A stretch of DNA of 60,785 nt, filler included, from Collodictyon triciliatum (Eukaryota), in assembly GCA_043381765.1 (NCBI GenBank). It is 4 parts of 4 records of this genome, joined end to end, with 100 filler letters (N's around TTAATTAATTAA, not from the genome) between each part and the next. Parts side by side here need not be neighbours in the genome. Positions count along the whole stretch, not along the records: positions 14,735 to 31,366 come from JBHJMP010001794.1; 3 more parts are not named here. One strand, 5' to 3'. Below, one piece after another: positions 14,864 through 31,466 of this stretch (its first letter is position 1; each line of letters begins with the position of its first letter). The position numbers were made by a program, and so were the translations under genes. The notes beneath the pieces were generated by a model, which saw only the letters and a list, made by a program, of their open reading frames with translations, had not been told where the DNA came from and did not search any database.

Positions 14864-17800
14864 ATGGAGTATGTTGACCTGGGCTTTGAAAGTGAAGCAA
14901 GCGAGCCCTCAAGCGACGTGGCTATTATCGAGGATCAAACAAACAGGGCTCAACGTTTCCCTTCGCAAGCGAGCATTTCTAACTCGGGAGACTCTGTGTT
15001 CCAGACAGAGCCGCCTTTTCGAGATCCTATCGCAAACCCAGGCCACGTCTCAGTTGAGAGCCCAGAAGAGACCGAGGCAGAAACCGAAGGATCGGCAGAT
15101 GACGACGAGAACGAAGCTACCACTTGTGTTATTTGCCAGAATCCGTGGACAAACACTGGGAGGCATCGTGCTGTCAGTATTCCTTGTGGGCATTTGTTTG
15201 GTAAGCTTTGTTTGGAGACTTGGTTTGTACACAGTCAAAACCCTGTATGCCCAATATGTAAGATGAAGGTATGGTTTGGTTTGTAAAAAAAAAAAAAAGC
15301 TTTTACGATTTATGCACTTTTTTCTGCCCACTTTTCAATTTTACGTTTAATGGGTTTATAATTATGGTTAAACTGATATATTTATTTACAAAAATATGTA
15401 GTCTAAAATGCGAGATATAAGATCAGTTTATCCCTCCAATGTCAAGGCGATAGATATGACTGAAGTTGAAGAATCGAAGAAGCAACTATGGCACGTCAAG
15501 ATTTTGAACAAAAAAGATGAGATAGAGTTGATGTCCCAACGTCAAAAGGTCTCCAACTTTTACACCTAGTTTTCTCAAGACTCATGAATTGATCCTGACT
15601 TATGTAGTGATTTGGTCGTATTTAATCTATATATCCTAACCTCGCACATGTCCTCTATGTTTTGGCAGATCAAAAGTAAGGAAGATGAGTTACAAAAGGA
15701 ACTTCGAAGACTTAGAGAGAAAAGGTAATATTGTTATCGAAATAGGTGTTCCTTTATTTATCCTTCCCTATTGTTTCTAATATTATTTTACTAAATAAAA
15801 AGATTAAAATATAGACACCATAGTATGCGTTATGGTAGCATTAGAGATGCTGAATCTTCCACCAAAACCGAAATATCATATGACATTTTATCTACTGGAC
15901 TTCTTTTGACACACATCAACGAAATCCGCATTGAAGTATTTAGTCAGTCATACGAAAAGAATAATTATTAAAAAAAAAAATACAAACTTAAGTGTTCCGG
16001 AGAGGAAACGATTATTGTTAATTATAAATAGAATGGAAAGCTGTCAGATATGAATTCGAATGCACACTCCCTTTGCATATCGTCTTCAAATGGAGAAGAA
16101 AACTTTGGTGTTCGAATGGTAGCGTCAATTATATTTATAAATACTCATCAAATTTGCTGCTCCTTTAATCCCTAAATATATTTATTCGCGACATAGCTTT
16201 CTCTACACGATCCTAACTTTCGAAGATATGTTAAACTTCACAACAAAGAGATTAAAGACATCCGATTCCACCCGACGGACCCTTCGTAATTATGTCTTCT
16301 ACATTTTAATTATTTATTCTCAAAGATAAAGTACAAGTCACGAAAGTTGATTTCGGTAGAAAAATTATTAAGTCACTAAATTGTATTCATTTTTCAGGAG
16401 ACTTGCAACATGCTCATTTGATAAGAATATCAAAATATTACATCACAGTTCGTCCTCTATTATAGCGAGGTTTTTACATGAATTATAATTGGACCTTAAG
16501 GGGAAAAAAAAAGGGAAATGAACTGCTTTATGAACTTTTGACACAATGCCTTTAAGATTCCTGACATTTAAATTTAAAAATAAGCATACCAACTGAGACT
16601 TTGTGTTGGTCACTAACCTGGAATCCATCTGACGAACTACATATATTGTGTGGACTATCGAATGGTATTGATGTATTTTTAAGCAGGGAACATGAACAAC
16701 ATACTACCTTTTTTTTCTTTCCTTTTTATCACTTGTTGCTCTCATTTCTTTATTTTGATTATAATTTTTCCTCCCAAACTGATGACTAGGATTTGTGTCC
16801 CTATTTGATTTGAGAAATACTAGAGCCCCTTTAAAGCGAGTGAACGTCTCAAAGTTTCCCGTCCGTTCTCTCGATTGCGTCTATGCAAAAGCAAATCGTA
16901 AAGCGTACGTCATGAGTTGTACATCAAATGGTCTCTCGTTTTGGGATATGGATCAACCGGATGAGAGCCTGTCTCTTTGTCACTATCCAATCAAAGGTAA
17001 GAGTTCTAGTATCTGTCGATCATTCTGTGTTTACCAAGATTCGTTCATAACTGAACTTCATTTACCCCCTGCATATCTTTCGCCCTCATCTTATGGACAT
17101 TAATTACGAAAGGAAACTGTATTGCGGTTTCATATGACCCAAGTAGTCATTTGCTGGCTGCTTGCTCACGGCTGAATTCGGAGATGATACCAAATTACAC
17201 AGTAATTTGATTCTAAAAATCGGACTACTCAATTAAATTGTGATATTCAGTCAACACAGAGGAGACATCTTTCAATATTTTAGAATATCTGTACAACTCT
17301 TGTTTAATTTAGATATATTTTTGCTTATATTTTAAATATAAACTACAACTACAGATTGTCGGAGTTGATGAAGCTGTTAGCCAAGAAAACAGCCATGTGT
17401 CCTTTCAGACTCACCGGGGTATACTCCCACACATTTCAATCAATCGTCATTTGATTTTTTCAAGGCAGCAGACCACTTACTTGGCTTATGGCGGGGACCA
17501 AAAAAATCAAGTATGTTTTTAACGCTGCTTTTCTCTCACTCATTCATAAGACTTTGGCTTTTCGATACTTTTTTTTTTTTTGTATGCAGCATGCAAGTAA
17601 TCTAATCCGTAGGTGAGTGTATATGACATCGGCGACCCTGAGAAGAAGCTTGCTCAAACTCTTTCTCCACACAAGTCTGTTGTATTGGATGTCAGGCAAG
17701 ATATCGGTAATTCGGGTACGACTTCTTTTTCATATTACTACATTACGTTAATCTTTCAAAAGCTATTAGATCCAATTATATGTAACCACTTTTGAAAGAG

Positions 17801-17986
17801 GCACTTTTTTAATCTGAATTTGTGACTTTTGTCTTTTTTTTTTAAAAAAAAAAGAAGTGAATTTATACAGTTGGAGAGTCCACTTAATCATCTCAAAGAG
17901 CGTAAACACTAACACAAATATACCCAGGCCTCATATCAACGTTATCCAACAAGGAAATTCGACTCTATCGTCCCACAGACAGTTAG
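14864..17986 (+). CDS. RFWD3: RING-WD40 E3 ubiquitin ligase, RFWD3-like, multi-exon
   Basis: RING CVICQNPWTNTGRHRAVSIPCGHLFGKLCLETW...CPIC, coiled-coil exons, then WD40 exons (HNKEIKDIRFHP, TCSFDKNIKI, CWSLTWNP, LFDLRNT); stop at 17984-17986. Confidence 0.88.
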
Positions 17987-18367
17987 TTTATCATTTTGTG
18001 ATGCATAATGCAGTATGGCATTAGGTATCTATAGGGTTGATGAGATATTAAATGTGTTGCGAAATCCCCATGGAGTCATCATCATACCACAGTTGTATTC
18101 TTCGCATTTCGCCCCGTGCTTCGGTCTTTTGATCCTTTTATCCTATTACTTAAAAAAATATTTCCCGTTCTCCATAAATGTAAAGTGAATGTAAATAAAT
18201 TAAAAAAAAATGTGCCCAATCTAAAAAAAAAGTCTTCTTTGGCGCCAGTCTCAGTCTCAGTAAAGAAAAAAAAAGAAAAATACAAACTTTAATCGAATAT
18301 AATAAAAAAAATTAGTCCAAACTTAAACATAATTTTTTTGCCAGAAATATATCCTACGAAGCCTGGT

Positions 18368-18394
18368 CTTTGAATCGAATAAAGGAAAAAAAAA
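18368..18394 (+). mobile_element. 27-bp poly(A)-tailed micro-insertion with a perfect 17-bp TSD, intergenic
   Basis: CTTTGAATCGAATAAAGG+A9 flanked by ATCCTACGAAGCCTGGT at 18351-18367 and 18395-18411. Confidence 0.88.
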
Positions 18395-18487
18395 ATCCTA
18401 CGAAGCCTGGTGAATATTCTCGTGTTTTTTTTTAATCCAATATTTGTTTATTTTATGTAAGAAAACTGGATATCAAATGAATATCCA

Positions 18488-19900
18488 CTTTTTTTTTATT
18501 AGATAAACTGAATTCAGTTTACAATATTCACCCAAACGCCACAACGTGCTTGACTAAATCATACCTGTTTAGCTCCGGTTGACACACCTTCATGGCAACA
18601 CTTACGTTTATATATATATATCCTACAAACATCTTTCCCCAACAGCTTCCCTCGCCACCTTCACGTTCTCCATTACTCAGACCCTGCGAGAAGAGACCCA
18701 CAAAAAGAGACTGAAACGTCAACCCTCATGCTTATCTCTCATGCAAGCACATGACCCGAATACAAGACAAACCACAGGTTGCAACTTCTGATTGCCACTC
18801 GCTTTTCAGCCTCTCAGCTCCTAATTAGCGCACGTCCTAGCAGGCACAGGCCAGTTAATCTAGGGGCAAGCACCCTATTTCCACAAGACACATAGGAACG
18901 AAAAATAATGAACCACAAATACTCTTAGACCGAATATATTTGCTTGAACTCTGTGGATAAAAAAAAATACATCGCTTGTAATACGTTGTTGAAATATTGG
19001 CAAACTAGAGCTTGGCTGGAAACTATGAGTTTAGGAAATGGGCAGTGATAGGTGAGCGCAGTTCATATATATATGTATTAATCCTGGGTTTTTGCTAATC
19101 GCTACGCAGGCCGAGTGACAATACTCTATGGATACTGGCAAGGTATCAAACACAAGGCCAGCTACTTGAGACTTGAACAATGCACACCCTTCGCAGGTTC
19201 CCTTGCGNNNNNNNNNNNNNNNNNNNNNNNNNNNNNNNNNNNNNNNNNNNNNNNNNNNNNNNNNNNNNNNNNNNNNNNNNNNNTATTTACTCTTCGGTCG
19301 CATCGACGTAAAGAACTCTCGAGATTGTGTAACTTCCATCAAATAAATAAATAAAAACACAAAAGGTTCTTTCAACAAAAGTCTCTTCGAAAAGACTATT
19401 ACTTTCTTTCTACAAGGAATGAAGATCAGAACCCTGGGTATGTGGATACAAAGGTAACAAAACTTATAAAAAGAACCACAGAGCGAACCTAACCACCCAA
19501 ACAAGGCTCTGTGTTTGGGGATGATAACCACCATAATGGCTCAGGGAGGACACTCGACAGGCAGCCTGCGCCACATATGCCGTACCAAGCATCAACTTTT
19601 TCGTTAGGGAAGTAACTAGTACGTGAGAGAACATCAAGCACCTTGGCCCTCAAGGATATGTTCGGTAAACAAGGATAAACAGAGGAGAGGAAAAAGCTAT
19701 GAGGGAGCAAATTAACAAGCGAGCAAACGAGCCTTTGATTCCACCATAAAATATGCATGCGGTCCTCTCAAAAAAAATAAGCAAAAGCAGAAGCAAAAAC
19801 AGAAGCCCTTCTCAATGGATGGTATCAGATTCTTTGTTTGGCTGCCACTTGAATTACAGATTGCCTCGTCCCTTCCAATTGTCACCAAAGTTTGAATTAC
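18488..19900 (-). pseudogene. Degenerate coding or retroelement remnant, identity unknown
   Basis: Higher-complexity sequence with broken minus-strand frames, ending in AATAAA plus an A-run at ~18488-18501; contains an N gap; no recognisable domain. Confidence 0.25.
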
Positions 19901-20925
19901 TTGATGCCAAGGGTTGAGTTAAGCTTGTAGCTGACTCTCTCTATATTCCAAGAGTCGCTTGTCTTGCTCCCTTCTCAGTTGCCATTTTTCAATTCCAAGG
20001 CAAACAACAAGAACAACCAACAAACAATTCGCGCGGTGTTGACATTAACTTGCTTTTCACATATTGATTATAAAAAATATGAAAACCCTCAATGAGAAAA
20101 TAATTATTTTCGCGGCGAAATGTCGATAATTCAAAAAAATTGTATATGTTCGGACACAATCTATGAATCTTTTTTTAATTAGCGGCAAAAGCTGGCAAAA
20201 AATGATGCGTTTCACGTGAAGTAAACGCGTTGGTAGATTCAATCGTGCAATTAAAGTAACGGAATCGGTAGCAACGCTAGCCGCCATCTATTCCTAGCTG
20301 TTCACTAGAAAGACAGCCGCTAAGCCCACTTCTTCAGACAACTGTGGAATCAGCCCCATTTTTTTCTTCCATCTTTCACCACACTCACAATTTTTTCCCT
20401 ATGATTTTTGTTGCGACTGCCTGTGAAAAATAGAATTTACTCAAGGAAAGCTTATTTTCTCTAAGGCTTCGTCCTGTGAAACGGTAATAGTCTCCGCCTC
20501 CTATATAACATAATCTGTGGACAGGTTTCGAGAGACTAGAAGGCCAGCGCCCTAGACCCTCGCAATTGACCCTTCACTTTGACAACGGAATCCGCACTTT
20601 CTCTGTGTCATCCCTGCCAAACACTAGCATAGAACCACCCAACAATGCATCCCACTGCTGAGGGACAGCAACCCGCTTCGCACCCCCGCAAGGCAATAAA
20701 AATAAGCAATTAACTTATCAACACAAAAGATCGAGCAAACAATGAACCTTACACACAAATGAAGAAGAAAAAGGAGAGAGCTCTTTTAACCAAAATGCAA
20801 GCAAGTTAAAACTATATGATAACATATGATTCTATGGAACAAGGCTAGAAAGCCGATCGCGGGGAAGAGACAGATCTGAGGTTAGATAATGTTAGAGTGA
20901 GAAAGAGGGCAAAGCCTGGGCAAAC

Positions 20926-23335
<2,410 letters not shown>

Positions 23336-23371
23336 AATACGTGCCTATATTCTCGGGATGAGATTCTGTCC

Positions 23372-26300
23372 ATGGATTCTGATGCAGCATTTCAATTTCT
23401 CCTGGAATTCTATGATAAAGCGTGCCACACACACCCAAACCAAAATCACCATGCCCATGAGCAGGTTTGCGGTGATGATGACATAGAATTTCAGAGCGGC
23501 ATCCTTTTGGATATGGAGGAAGACTACAAGGAGGGTTATAACCAAAATATCAAGGGATTTTTCACTCGAATAAGCGAGAGTATGCTGCAAACCACCTCAA
23601 AAGGCGATGATGGCAACATAATTGAAGGTTTAAGCCAATATGAACTTCTTTATCGACTTTACAATTTACTTGGTGGGGATAATTGGTACGCAAAGGATGG
23701 GTGGATGAACGAAAACATTTCCATTTGCTCATGGTTTGGAGTTTTATGCTGGGAAGGATGTTCAGAAGAATTATCGAAGGTAGTTTGATTAAAATTTTTC
23801 TTAAGACATCGAAAATGTGTTGTTGAATATATTCCTTTTAGACTAATACCACAAAATATCAATTAATCACCACAGAGCAATAAATGTCCCGTAACTGGTA
23901 TATCATTACCCAACAATAACCTCGACGGTGACATGGAGAAAATCACACCCGTTTTAGAAACCTTTCCATATCTATTTATGTTGGACTTCCGTTCGAATTT
24001 AATTCACGGCATCTTGCCGAATATCAGGCTCCCTAATATCATTTGGATATTATTATCAAACAATAAAATATCAGGTGGGTAACCCAGAGTAATGCTTCCC
24101 CCTTTTATTCGACTCAAAGAAGTCTCATTATTGCTTCTTTTTTTTAATTGTCAGTGTGAATGCATTTAAGACAAACAATAACAACGTGTCAAAGTACTGA
24201 TAACCTTGTATAAAATGTAAAGGAAATATTGAAGACTTCGGTGGTATCCCAAATGTTGAGTATCTCTACCTTTCGAGCAATCGACTTCGTGGTATTTTCG
24301 TCCAAATATGATTCTGTTCCTCCGAAATTTCCCGTAAGATTGCTTTGTCAATTAGGCACCATACCAAACTTCAGTGGGATATCGAAGCTTATTGATCTTC
24401 ATTTGTTCATCAATCAACTCAACGGTAATTGAAACCGATCAATTAACAAATAGATAATAATTTCGTAATAATATCAACAACATCATGTCTAACGGTCATA
24501 CATTGAAAAAAAAATATGCGGTGGAGTATAGGAACAATACCAAACTTTAGCGATATCACTGGTCTCAATGGTTTGAGTCTTGTGGACAATGAACTGACTG
24601 GTAAATTGAATGCACTCAGAATTTTTTATAAAAAAAAAAAAAAAAGCATTCACGTTTCTTTACAGGAGGTTGTGCGTAAAATTTAAAAATATGTAGGGAC
24701 CATCCCTGATTTCAGACATATTTTAAGAGTCATCTACATCCACATCGGCATCAACAGATTGACTGGTAGGAGTTAAACCACCTCGTGGTGATGAGGTGAC
24801 ATTTTCCTATTCTGCCAGTTCATTTCATTCTAATTATGGATACAAAAAATAGGAACAATACCGAACTTTAGTGGCATTCCCCATATAAAACATATGGAAT
24901 TATTGGATAACCAGCTCCACGGTATGATATAGAATTTATGAGCGATTCGGTAATCACGTTGTTTGTTTGTTTCTCTTCCGCCATAATGATTTACAAAAAT
25001 AATAATAATAATTATAAAGGCAAAATCCCTGATTTCAGCTTCATACCAAATGTTGAACATATCAACATCGCATTTAATCGCTTGAGTGGTATTAATTGTA
25101 TTTTAAACCCAAAACTAAAATAGGATTTTAATAAATGAAAAATCCTTATTTTGCACTATATTTCTATGTACATTTAGATTTATAATATCAACGCTGATTA
25201 TTATTATTTTATTATGATAATGATAATGATTATGATTATTTTGAGCAGGGAGCATCCCAAATTTCAGTGGCATACTTAATATCGTTGGAATAGAACTTGC
25301 GTCCAATCTACTAAGCGGTATGAATACACTCTAATTTATATATTCTCCTTTTTAATTATATATTTTTCTTCTTAGTCTTCCTTTCGTTTTTTGTTTTACC
25401 ATTTCGTGTTTTCTGTTCTTCCTTTAAATTTTCTCATTCTTCAAAAATCCATGTCAATCAAAATTCAATACAATAAAGGATCAATTCCAAGTTTTGATAA
25501 TCTCCCGAACTGTGAAACCATCGATCTATCCAGTAACCAATTGACAGGTGATTTTTTATGTAATATTTATAACCAAGAATAAATTTTTTGATACATTCTA
25601 TTTTCTTGCTCAAGAATTTTTGTATAAAAAATAGGCACAATATCAGATTCTTTGAATCTTACTCGGGCCGATCGTATTGACTTTTCTGACAATAAATTGT
25701 CAGGTAAGTGCATTATACCTTTTGATTCAACTTAGTCATATGAAAAAGGAAACTATTATCAAGTTCTAATACTCGTTTCTGTTACAGGAACCATTCCAGA
25801 CATTAGTGGGCTACCAAGTGTCAAAATTATAATATTATATTACAACAAATTAAAAGGTCTGTATTTCTTTTTATCGCAACGCAATTTTTTCTAAATTTAC
25901 TTGATTCATGTAAAAGCATTTGAATTAAATATTTATATTATTATGCTTAATTTGTGTGTAGGAAATATTCCAGACTTCCTCAATATGCCGAACTTAATTG
26001 AGATGCATTTATACGAAAATCACCTTAATGGTTGTTTGATATAATGTCTTTTGTTTTCCTCGTAGTTTTGATTATTTTATTATTATCATTTTGTTATTAT
26101 TTTATTATTATTTTATTATTATTTTATTATTATTTTATTATTATTTTATTATTATTTTATTATTATTTTATTATTATTTTATTATTATTTTATTATTATA
26201 TTATTATTATTTTATTATTATTTTATTATTATTTTATTATTATTTTATTATTATTTTATTATTATGATTATTATGATTATTATGATTTTTAGCCAACATC

Positions 26301-29300
26301 CCCACGGTCTAGCACAAAATTTGAAAGGAAGAATAAAAAAAATATTATTATGATTTCGCTGTAATATTTTCAATATAACTTTACAGGAACTATCCCTGAT
26401 TTTTCTAACATGGAGAATTTGGTCGGGCTCTTTGTTTTTAAGAATCATATAGAAGGTGATGCTCATATGAAGAATTATGCGCCCATTTATTTTACATTAT
26501 AATAATGATTGGTTTATGGTTTTGAAATATAGCTCTAATTCAAAATATAGGAACTATCCCAAACTTTACAAGTCTCTTCATGCTCGGATACTTATTTGCA
26601 TTTGATAATAATCTGAGGGGAAGTATCCCTAGCTTTGAGAACTGTCCGTCCATGCATGAGATCATGATAAATAGCAATAAATTGGACGGCTCGTTGCCTT
26701 CACTGGATTTATATTCACTGGTGTCTATTGACGTAAGCGAAAACGAAATAGCAGGCTCTATTCCATTCAATTGGAACATACCAAACATTGAGAACATTTA
26801 TTTGTCATTCAATTCATTGGAAGGGGACGTACCCACTAATTTCGGAAATTTCGAGTACTTGATACATCTTGACCTATCACATAATCAAATCTCTGGAAGT
26901 ATGCCAACAAGACTATGGAATCTCCCAAAGCTTGTAACGATTGATTTGAGAAACAATTCATTTTATGGAGAAGTTGATTCATTTCTCATCGATCTCAGCG
27001 GAAATCTAGAGTATCACTTTGAAAATATTATTCTCGATGATAATAATTTGATTGGAGAGATAAATTGGAAGTTTTATGAATTTTTTGAAGATCTTAAGAC
27101 TTTCAGTTTGAGAAATAACCGAATCGAAAGACTTGGGGACCCAGGGGTTCCAATAAGTTGGATTAAATTCGATGTCAGTGGAAATCCTGTGGCTGGAAGC
27201 ATTCCCGAATCATATAGCCGTTTTTTAGTCCTCGAATACTTTGGACTGCAAAATACATACATGAATCACGGTACATCAAATTTTATTCCTTCATTCATGA
27301 ATCAAACCAGCGCATACGCTCTAGAGAAGGTATCCGACGCTTTTACATGCCCCTCTATTGTTACTATTTTGGGGTCAGTAGAGACCAAGGTTGATATGAA
27401 CCCAGAGTACTTTAGCTACGGACTTTGTAAATGCCTCCCAGGATATTTTGGATTCGGAAATAAGTGCGTTGAATGCCCTAAGGAGTGTGATTGTCGAGAT
27501 GGAATATCTTTGAAAAAGTGCTTTTTTACTCCTACAGTCACAAATATTGTGGATATAGTTCCTTGCATGAATCCAGAAGTTTGCACATTCAATATTGATG
27601 ACTCTATGGAAATGAGAATGAAAGTGTATAATGGGTCTTTTGTTTTTCCCTGCAAAGAGGGGTACACTGGAAGGACCTGTTCTACCTGTGCGGAGGGTTA
27701 TCTTTTTGAGAGTGGGGAATGCAACCAGTGCTCTTCTGATTATTCAACTCTCAAGGTCATCGCATTTGTTGTAGCTCTCTTTGTCGGTATCTTGTATCAG
27801 GTGGGAGCAGCTTGGATTGGGGAAAGTACACAAGAGGATGAGGAAAGCATACCAGATGACGAGGAAGTTCAAGAACAAGATTCAGGTATGCCAAACATAT
27901 AATTATAATATTTCAATTTTCTAATCATTTTTTTATTTTGCGCAGCTTCCGTGGATATTTTCTTATTTTACACTCAGATTCTTCAAATTCTGGGAAATAT
28001 TGTAACTCTACCAGATATCAACATTGCTGGTAAATTTGTTGGTAATGTTTTTTCACTCAAGCTACCAACTCTTGAATGCATCGTCGGTAATCATCCCCAT
28101 ATTACGTCTCTTTTAAACTTGGCTCGTATACCTTCAATTCTCCTTATCGCTGTGCTGGGATTGAAGAAGTTCTTAGCAAATCGGGACAAAAGAAATGTTG
28201 AAAAGGTACTGAAAATTCTTTTATTTTTTGTTTAAATTGAATCAAGTCGCGATAAAGAATTCAGTTTCAATACATATTCTATACTTTTTTAAAATAATAA
28301 GGAGAGCAACCATCCAAACCTATAGGTGGTGGCAGTTATGTTCATTTTTTTGGAAGGTACTTACTTTTCCGTAGCCCAAGACGTCATAAGCACCTTCGGA
28401 TGCACTCTATACGATAAAGGGTTTGAAAAATGGTTTGTGAACACGTACCCATGGATTCAGTGTGACCCCATGACAGACAGCTATGCTAAAATGCTCTTCG
28501 CCGCTATTCCTGGGTTGATTTATATGATTCTGTATCCCACATTCCTGTGGCTCATCGTCCTTCGAGCTAGGAAAATGAGGCGAGGGAGCGAAGTGGTAGA
28601 AGGCATTCTTGGAAACTATGTATATTAAATTAAAATACATATTAAAGCAATATTCCTTCCATGATTTGCTCCTAAATTATCTATTTATCAAAAGGCTGTC
28701 AATTTCAGTGAAAACGAAACAATTGGTATCGAAATGGAATGCATCGAAAGAAAAAGTAACGTAGACACTGGGAACGCCTGTGAAGAAGGGGCAATCGATG
28801 GAGAGATGACACAGTCGTCATCGAGCACGGAAAGCAAATCTAACTCCGAGGATATGAAGGAAAGATATATGGAAAATCAAACAAGTGGCTTGGATTTGTC
28901 TCTACCGATATTTGATCTTATATGCCAGATACAAATTGCCCGGTTTTCCTCTATATATGAACAGGTGAGACACGCTTTCATGCAAAAACTTGTACGTTGC
29001 AAAAATAATACTAATTTTCGTCTCATACCCCAAGAAATACGATTGGTGGGTAGTTGTACGTGTTTTTCAGTCGATATTGTTCGGATTCACGGCTTTTGTT
29101 GTTCCGTACACTTCACCTGCCATCTTGTATTTTGTGTTTTTCATTCTGATTCAGGTTTGGCATGATTATTTTCCTTTTCTTCTGTTCTCTTTTTCTTTTC
29201 TTTTTCTATTTCTATTTCTATTTCTTTTTCTTTTTCTTTTCTTTTTCTTTTCTTTTTCTATTTCTATTTCTTTTTCTATTTCTATTTCTTTTTCTTTTTC

Positions 29301-30008
29301 TATTTCTTTTTCTATTTCCATTTCTATTTCTTTTTCTTTTTCTTTTCTTTTTCTTTTCTTNNNNNNNNNNNNNNNNNNNNNNNNNNNNNNNNNNNNNNNN
29401 NNNNNNNNNNNNNNNNNNNNNNNNNNNNNNNNNNNNNNNNNNNNNNNNNNNNNNNNNNNNNNNNNNNNNNNNNNNNNNNNNNNNNNNNNNNNNNNNNNNN
29501 NNNNNNNNNNNNNNNNNNNNNNNNNNNNNNNNNNNNNNNNNNNNNNNNNNNNNNNNNNNNNNNNNNNNNNNNNNNNNNNNNNNNNNNNNNNNNNNNNNNT
29601 TTTTTGTTTCATATCTTTTCTTTTTCCTTTTTTTATTATTTTTCTTTTACGCTACAAAACCGGTATGAGCCCTACTTATTGGATTCTGATGATACTTTGT
29701 CTATCAACTGTTGGCTTCTGCTCTACATTTCGTTCTTTGCTGCTCTAGTCCAGCAGCTTGTACCAGGAAATGATTGGATTGCATTTGCCATTTTAGCGCT
29801 CAATGGTATTTTTATTGCAGCCTTCTTGGTGCCGTTGGCATGGAAAATGCTGAAGGCTACACTTGGAAATCTTATTCCACTGCTGGAAAAGATTGGATTA
29901 AGTCAAGAGAAGCTCACTACCATGAAAGAAAAGGCTACGACTTTCATGGATAAAGCTGTGGATTTAATGGAAAATATGCTAAACGTCATTTTGAACATGA
30001 CCATTTAA
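23372..30008 (+). CDS. Large LRR receptor-like protein: LRRNT cap, about 25 plant-type LRRs, Cys-rich EGF/TNFR-like stalk, multi-pass TM domain
   Basis: LYNLLGGDNW...CSWFGVLC cap; GxIPxF..LxxLxLxxNxLx repeats; CKCLPGYFG and CKEGYTGRTCSTCAEGY; TM region with DIFLFYTQIL, FGC..WFVNTYPWIQC and KYDWWVVVRV; GT-AG exon chain can be followed to stop 30008. True start may lie upstream. Confidence 0.88.
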
Positions 30009-30373
30009 CCATCCACTGATTCAAAACAGAATAAACATATAATCACCAAAACCCTTCCATCGACCAGCTTTATATACAAGATATGTCGTGCATTAGATTT
30101 TTCTATTATTCCGGTTCGTAAGAGTGTATTTCCACGCTGCTCGCGACTGGGCCCGAAAGAATCATCGAGGACTGAGAAAGTTATTTGTTCACCGACTCAG
30201 CTTCTTGTCTGGCTATTTTATTGGCGACTATGTTTTTATGGATTTTCCCGTTTTCCTCTATCTTTTTTTCGTCTTTTTCTGAAAACTATGTGGGGAATCT
30301 ATCATAATTGCTATTTGAATAGACGCATGTACTTTTTCAAATATGCCTTATGTGCGTCTGATGTCTGCATAAT

Positions 30374-30471
<98 letters not shown>

Positions 30472-30939
30472 TTTGGTCTCTTCTCTGAGCTTCATCATTT
30501 TTAACTTTCTCATGTTGCTTTTCGGCTTAGTTTCCGATCATCAAGACTGCTGCATCGATTGCTTTGATGGTTTTGTGCGTTTTATCTAGAACTATCAGGC
30601 TTAATCTTAAAGATGAGGTCTGGACTTCAGGGTCAAAGAAACAGATTGGGTGTATTATGGCGTGCTGATTTGCGATTGGCATATCTGTGTCTTTTGAGCC
30701 TTGTGTCTTGCAAGTTTTATTTGAGGTAAAGGCTTTTGTGTGTACACCTTACTAATTCGTTGCAGCGATTTTTTTTTAAAAAAAAAAAATAATCTTCAAT
30801 TCAGTCTCTGAACCTGGAGAAGTTTTTTTTTTCGACTCCCAGGTGTCGGCTTTGGGCATGTTATAAAAAGCGCTCTGGTGTCCTTTATATGAAAAAAAAG
30901 GAAACGATAAAGAAAGCGAGTAAATGAGAAATGAAAAAA

Positions 30940-31366
30940 TCCTTTATTCGATTCGAAGTGTAGCGAGGTTATGCCATACAAAGGGGTGGGATGGGAGCGC
31001 ATGGGAGAGAGCAAACGCGAGTAGGGAAGACACTACCGTGGAGAGGGTAGCACTGGAAAGAAGTCAGTGACAGCGAGTTGGTCAGGTGGGCGTCCCAACT
31101 GGTTGATTGGTTGCGTGGGTAGCAGGGGGTGGATATCCTGTGGGAGATATCGCACGACAAATTCCCACTTCTATCTTCGCTTGCGGTCAGAGTAGCGAAG
31201 AATGCCAGCGTGTTTCAGCAGCCTGTTCAAGAATCTGTATTGCACGAGGCTCTCAAGCCTGGATACATTGATTCCTCGTTCGGATGAATCATTGGAGAGA
31301 GAGAATGCATGCACACTCCATAAGGACCACAGCATATGTCCCCTTGTGATTGTCCAGAGCATTCTA
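30940..31366 (-). mobile_element. 3' end of a non-LTR retrotransposon (L1/Tx1-like ORF2 tail and 3' UTR), truncated by the spacer
   Basis: LWTITRGHMLWSLWSVH resembles the W-rich LINE ORF2 C-terminus; premature TAG at 31171-31173; ends ...CACTTCGAATCGAATAAAGGA, the same sequence found in the TSD-flanked insertions. Confidence 0.65.
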
Positions 31367-31466
31367 NNNNNNNNNNNNNNNNNNNNNNNNNNNNNNNNNN
31401 NNNNNNNNNNTTAATTAATTAANNNNNNNNNNNNNNNNNNNNNNNNNNNNNNNNNNNNNNNNNNNN

